In this document: positions 61,660-64,000 of the stretch, one piece after another
Layout of the letters: each line of letters begins with the position of its first letter
Numbering within the stretch: position 1 is the stretch's first letter
DNA from: Candidatus Limnocylindrales bacterium
GTDB lineage: Bacteria; Desulfobacterota; Binatia; UBA1149; CAITLU01
Direction of reading: 5' to 3'
Assembly: GCA_035626395.1 (NCBI GenBank)
Contig: DASPNR010000042.1
Location: 348,484 to 412,483 of the forward strand
DNA length: 64,000 nt
Translations under genes and position numbers: made by a program
Notes under the pieces: generated by a model
Told to the model about the DNA's origin: nothing
The model's database searches: none
The model's input: the letters and a program-made list of their open reading frames with translations, nothing else

Positions 61660-62439
61660 TCAGCGGTGACAGGTCGAGCAGTCGGTGCGCGGCCGGACTT
61701 GGTACTCGGCGATCAGCTGCCTGCCCAGTGTTTCCTGATCCAGCACGGCGTGCGCCTCGCCGTGGCCCTCGCCATCCACGGCGCCCGGCGCGCCTTCCAG
61801 GCCGCCGTGCGGCTGATGGCCGCGGAGCACCCACGACGTGTCGAAGACCTTCTCGCGCGGGCGCAGGTTGCGGCCCGGATCGCGGTGGCAGGACAGGCAC
61901 CATTCCATCGTCATCGGCGCCGCCTGCCAGGTCAGGTTCATGGCCGCGACATCGCCGTGGCAGCTTGCGCAGCCCACGCCCTTGGCGATGTGGATGCTGT
62001 GGTCGAAGTAGACGAAATCGGGAACGTCGTTGACACGCGTCCACTCCAGCGACTGGCCGGTGCGGTAGCTGGCCCGGACCGGCTCCAGCATCGGAGCGTC
62101 CTTCCAGATCTGGCTGTGGCAGTTCATGCAGATCTGGGTGGCCGGGATTCCGGCAAAGGAGGAGGTCTCGACGGCGGTGTGGCAGTACCGGCAGTCGATG
62201 CCGAGCTCGCCGACGTGATGCTTGTGGCTGAAGGGAACCGGCTGCTCCCGCGCAACCGACTCGTTGGTCATATAAGAGGAGCGGTTGAATTCGTTGAGGC
62301 CCATCAAAAGGCCCGCGACGGCAAACAACGCTCCGAAGATGCTGAGCTTCGCGTAGGTATTGCTGCTCGGTTTGAAAAGCTGCGCCATGCTGCCCGAGGA
62401 AACTACAAACCAGTTTCGGTAACGCAAAGCGTTACCCAT
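61660..62439 (-). CDS. actA: Alternative complex III subunit ActA (membrane-anchored pentaheme cytochrome c)
   Basis: Five CxxCH motifs (CRYCH, CMNCH, CASCH, CLSCH, CSTCH) after an N-terminal TM anchor. Confidence 0.85.
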   Translation of the reverse strand: MGNALRYRNWFVVSSGSMAQLFKPSSNTYAKLSIFGALFAVAGLLMGLNEFNRSSYMTNESVAREQPVPFSHKHHVGELGIDCRYCHTAVETSSFAGIPATQICMNCHSQIWKDAPMLEPVRASYRTGQSLEWTRVNDVPDFVYFDHSIHIAKGVGCASCHGDVAAMNLTWQAAPMTMEWCLSCHRDPGRNLRPREKVFDTSWVLRGHQPHGGLEGAPGAVDGEGHGEAHAVLDQETLGRQLIAEYQVRPRTDCSTCHR

Positions 62440-62708
62440 GTTGCGACTAAGAGGATTTGGAAGCGTTTCTAATCTTCGGGTCCGCCGACCCTAACGTCTG
62501 CTGAAGGTCGCTCCTTAGAGAAAACTGACGCGGACGTCGAGCGCACCGCGTCGCAGATGCGCACAGGCGCGGATGGGGAGTCTTGCGCACGCCGCGGATG
62601 TTCAAACCCTGGTCACGCCGCGCGTCGGTCCGCTGTCTTCACGGCATCGGCCCGCCCCGCGCGCCGTCGCGTTTTGCGTCGAGTGCGGTCAGCCCGTAAC
62701 GCAGTGCC

Positions 62709-64000
62709 GTGGGGGAGAGGTTGGCAACATCGGGCTCATCCGTCGCCGCACGGCTTGCGGCCACGCTTGCCGCGATGATCGCCGTCGCATTCCTCTCTTC
62801 CCCGGCAGGCGCGGCCGTTTCTGCGCAGCCTGGCGGTGCGCATTCGGCGCCCTCTCGCGTCATCGTCAAGCTCCGGGCCTGCGCACGCATGGACCTGGCC
62901 TCGCAGCTTCGCGAGCGCACCGCGACCGCGGCTCCGATCGCCGGTAGCCAGCTGCACGCGTTGATGTCGCGTCACGGCGCGCACAACGCCCGCCGCCTGG
63001 CGGCAGCGGCGCGCGTGCGGCGTCAGCTTCGTCAGCGCTTCCCTGTGCGAGCGGTGCGCGGCGAGCCTTCCCCCGACGTCGGGCTTTCGCGCGTCTGGAT
63101 TCTCGACCTCGCCACCGCCGATGCCGGCATTGCCGCGCGCGACCTGGCCGCCGATCCGGCCGTCGAGTACGCGGAGCCGGATCGCGAGCTGTCGGTCGCG
63201 CTGATGCCCGACGATTCATTCCTGCGCACCTCGGGGAGCTGGGGACAAGCCTTCGCCGATCTCTGGGGCCTCTTCAGCATTCGCGCACCGCAGGCGTGGG
63301 ATGTCGCCACCGGCGCCGGGATCGTCGTGGCCGTGATCGATACGGGCGTCGACCACACGCATCCGGATCTGGCGCCGAACCTGTGGACCAACGCCGCAGA
63401 GATCGCGGCCAACGACCTCGACGACGACGGCAACGGCTACGTCGACGACATCCTGGGCTACGACTTCGCCGATTCCGATGCGTCGCCTCTCGACGATCAC
63501 ATGCACGGCACGCACGTGGCCGGAACCATTGCCGCGGTGGCAGGCAACGGCCGCGGCGTCGCCGGCGTCGCCTTCGACGCGCGGATCATGGCCGTTCGCG
63601 GCCTGGGCAGCGACGGCAGTGGCGCGACCTCGCAGCTCGCACGATCGATCGTGTACGCAGTCGACAACGGCGCCGACGTCATCAACGCGAGCTGGTCCGG
63701 TAGCGGGCTCTCGCAGCTGCTAGGCGACGCCGTCGCCTACGCGCATGCTGCCGGCGTCGTGTTCGTGGCCGCGGCGGGCAACGCAGGCCGCGACACCGCT
63801 TCCTTCACGCCTGCCGCAGAGCCGGGCGCGATCGCGGTTGCCGCCTTCAACTCGCAGGACGTTGCCGCGTCCTTCAGCAACTACGGCGTCAAGCTGGACG
63901 TGGGAGCGCCCGGCGGCGGTGACGTACCGCCGCCGTCGCTCGGCCAGACGCCGGTCTACAGCATCCTGTCGCTGCTCTCCGCCTTCGGCGATCTCGCGCG
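62709..64000 (+). CDS. Secreted subtilisin-like serine protease (peptidase S8) with I9-like propeptide; 3' end beyond window
   Basis: Catalytic triad motifs VAVIDTGVDHTHPDL (Asp), HGTHVAGTIAA (His), GN..R (oxyanion). The Ser motif lies beyond the window. Upstream signal peptide RLAATLAAMIAVAFLSSPAGAAVSA. The frame opens after TAA at 62697-62699, and the GTG at 62709 is taken as the start. Confidence 0.75.
   Translation, partial: MGERLATSGSSVAARLAATLAAMIAVAFLSSPAGAAVSAQPGGAHSAPSRVIVKLRACARMDLASQLRERTATAAPIAGSQLHALMSRHGAHNARRLAAAARVRRQLRQRFPVRAVRGEPSPDVGLSRVWILDLATADAGIAARDLAADPAVEYAEPDRELSVALMPDDSFLRTSGSWGQAFADLWGLFSIRAPQAWDVATGAGIVVAVIDTGVDHTHPDLAPNLWTNAAEIAANDLDDDGNGYVDDILGYDFADSDASPLDDHMHGTHVAGTIAAVAGNGRGVAGVAFDARIMAVRGLGSDGSGATSQLARSIVYAVDNGADVINASWSGSGLSQLLGDAVAYAHAAGVVFVAAAGNAGRDTASFTPAAEPGAIAVAAFNSQDVAASFSNYGVKLDVGAPGGGDVPPPSLGQTPVYSILSLLSAFGDLA

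Overview
This ~70% GC window is dense with protein-coding genes on both strands and has no detectable rRNA, tRNA or CRISPR. The delta-60 and Myxococcus-type cysteine-rich repeats, an ACIII plus caa3 cluster and MopE-like motifs suggest a Myxococcota-like deltaproteobacterial lineage. That lineage call is inference only.

In order along the window:
- a 3' gene fragment
- a GC-rich intergenic repeat family
- a DUF2911 secreted protein
- a translationally coupled bacillithiol-type cluster (bshC, bshA, and a long signal-peptide PIG-L deacetylase)
- a DUF4212 small subunit with its SSS symporter
- a small iron-permease-family protein
- three secreted proteins with myxobacterial-style repeats: an EEP hydrolase with dockerin-like repeats, a MopE-like protein, and a 1233-aa delta-60 / cysteine-rich-repeat giant
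- a GNAT gene
- an RND tripartite efflux operon
- speA
- two diverged paralogs of a large DUF222+HNH endonuclease-family protein, one of them frameshifted inside a 42-bp tandem repeat; the other sits divergently next to an archease-rtcB RNA-ligase pair
- a glgX-treY-treZ trehalose operon
- an LLM oxidoreductase, TerC, and an NhaR-like LysR regulator
- MltF, a methyltransferase, a PLP dehydratase and MltB
- a 13-gene alternative complex III (actABCDEF) plus SCO plus caa3 oxidase (coxBACD) respiratory cluster; a copy of the intergenic repeat is inserted between actD and actE
- the start of a secreted S8 protease

Most interesting are the paired HNH/DUF222 elements with their repeats and low-GC 5' ends, the atypical archease, the secreted BshB-like protein, and the repeat insertions inside the ACIII operon. 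All calls rest on reading the sequence and translations by eye; no database searches were run.
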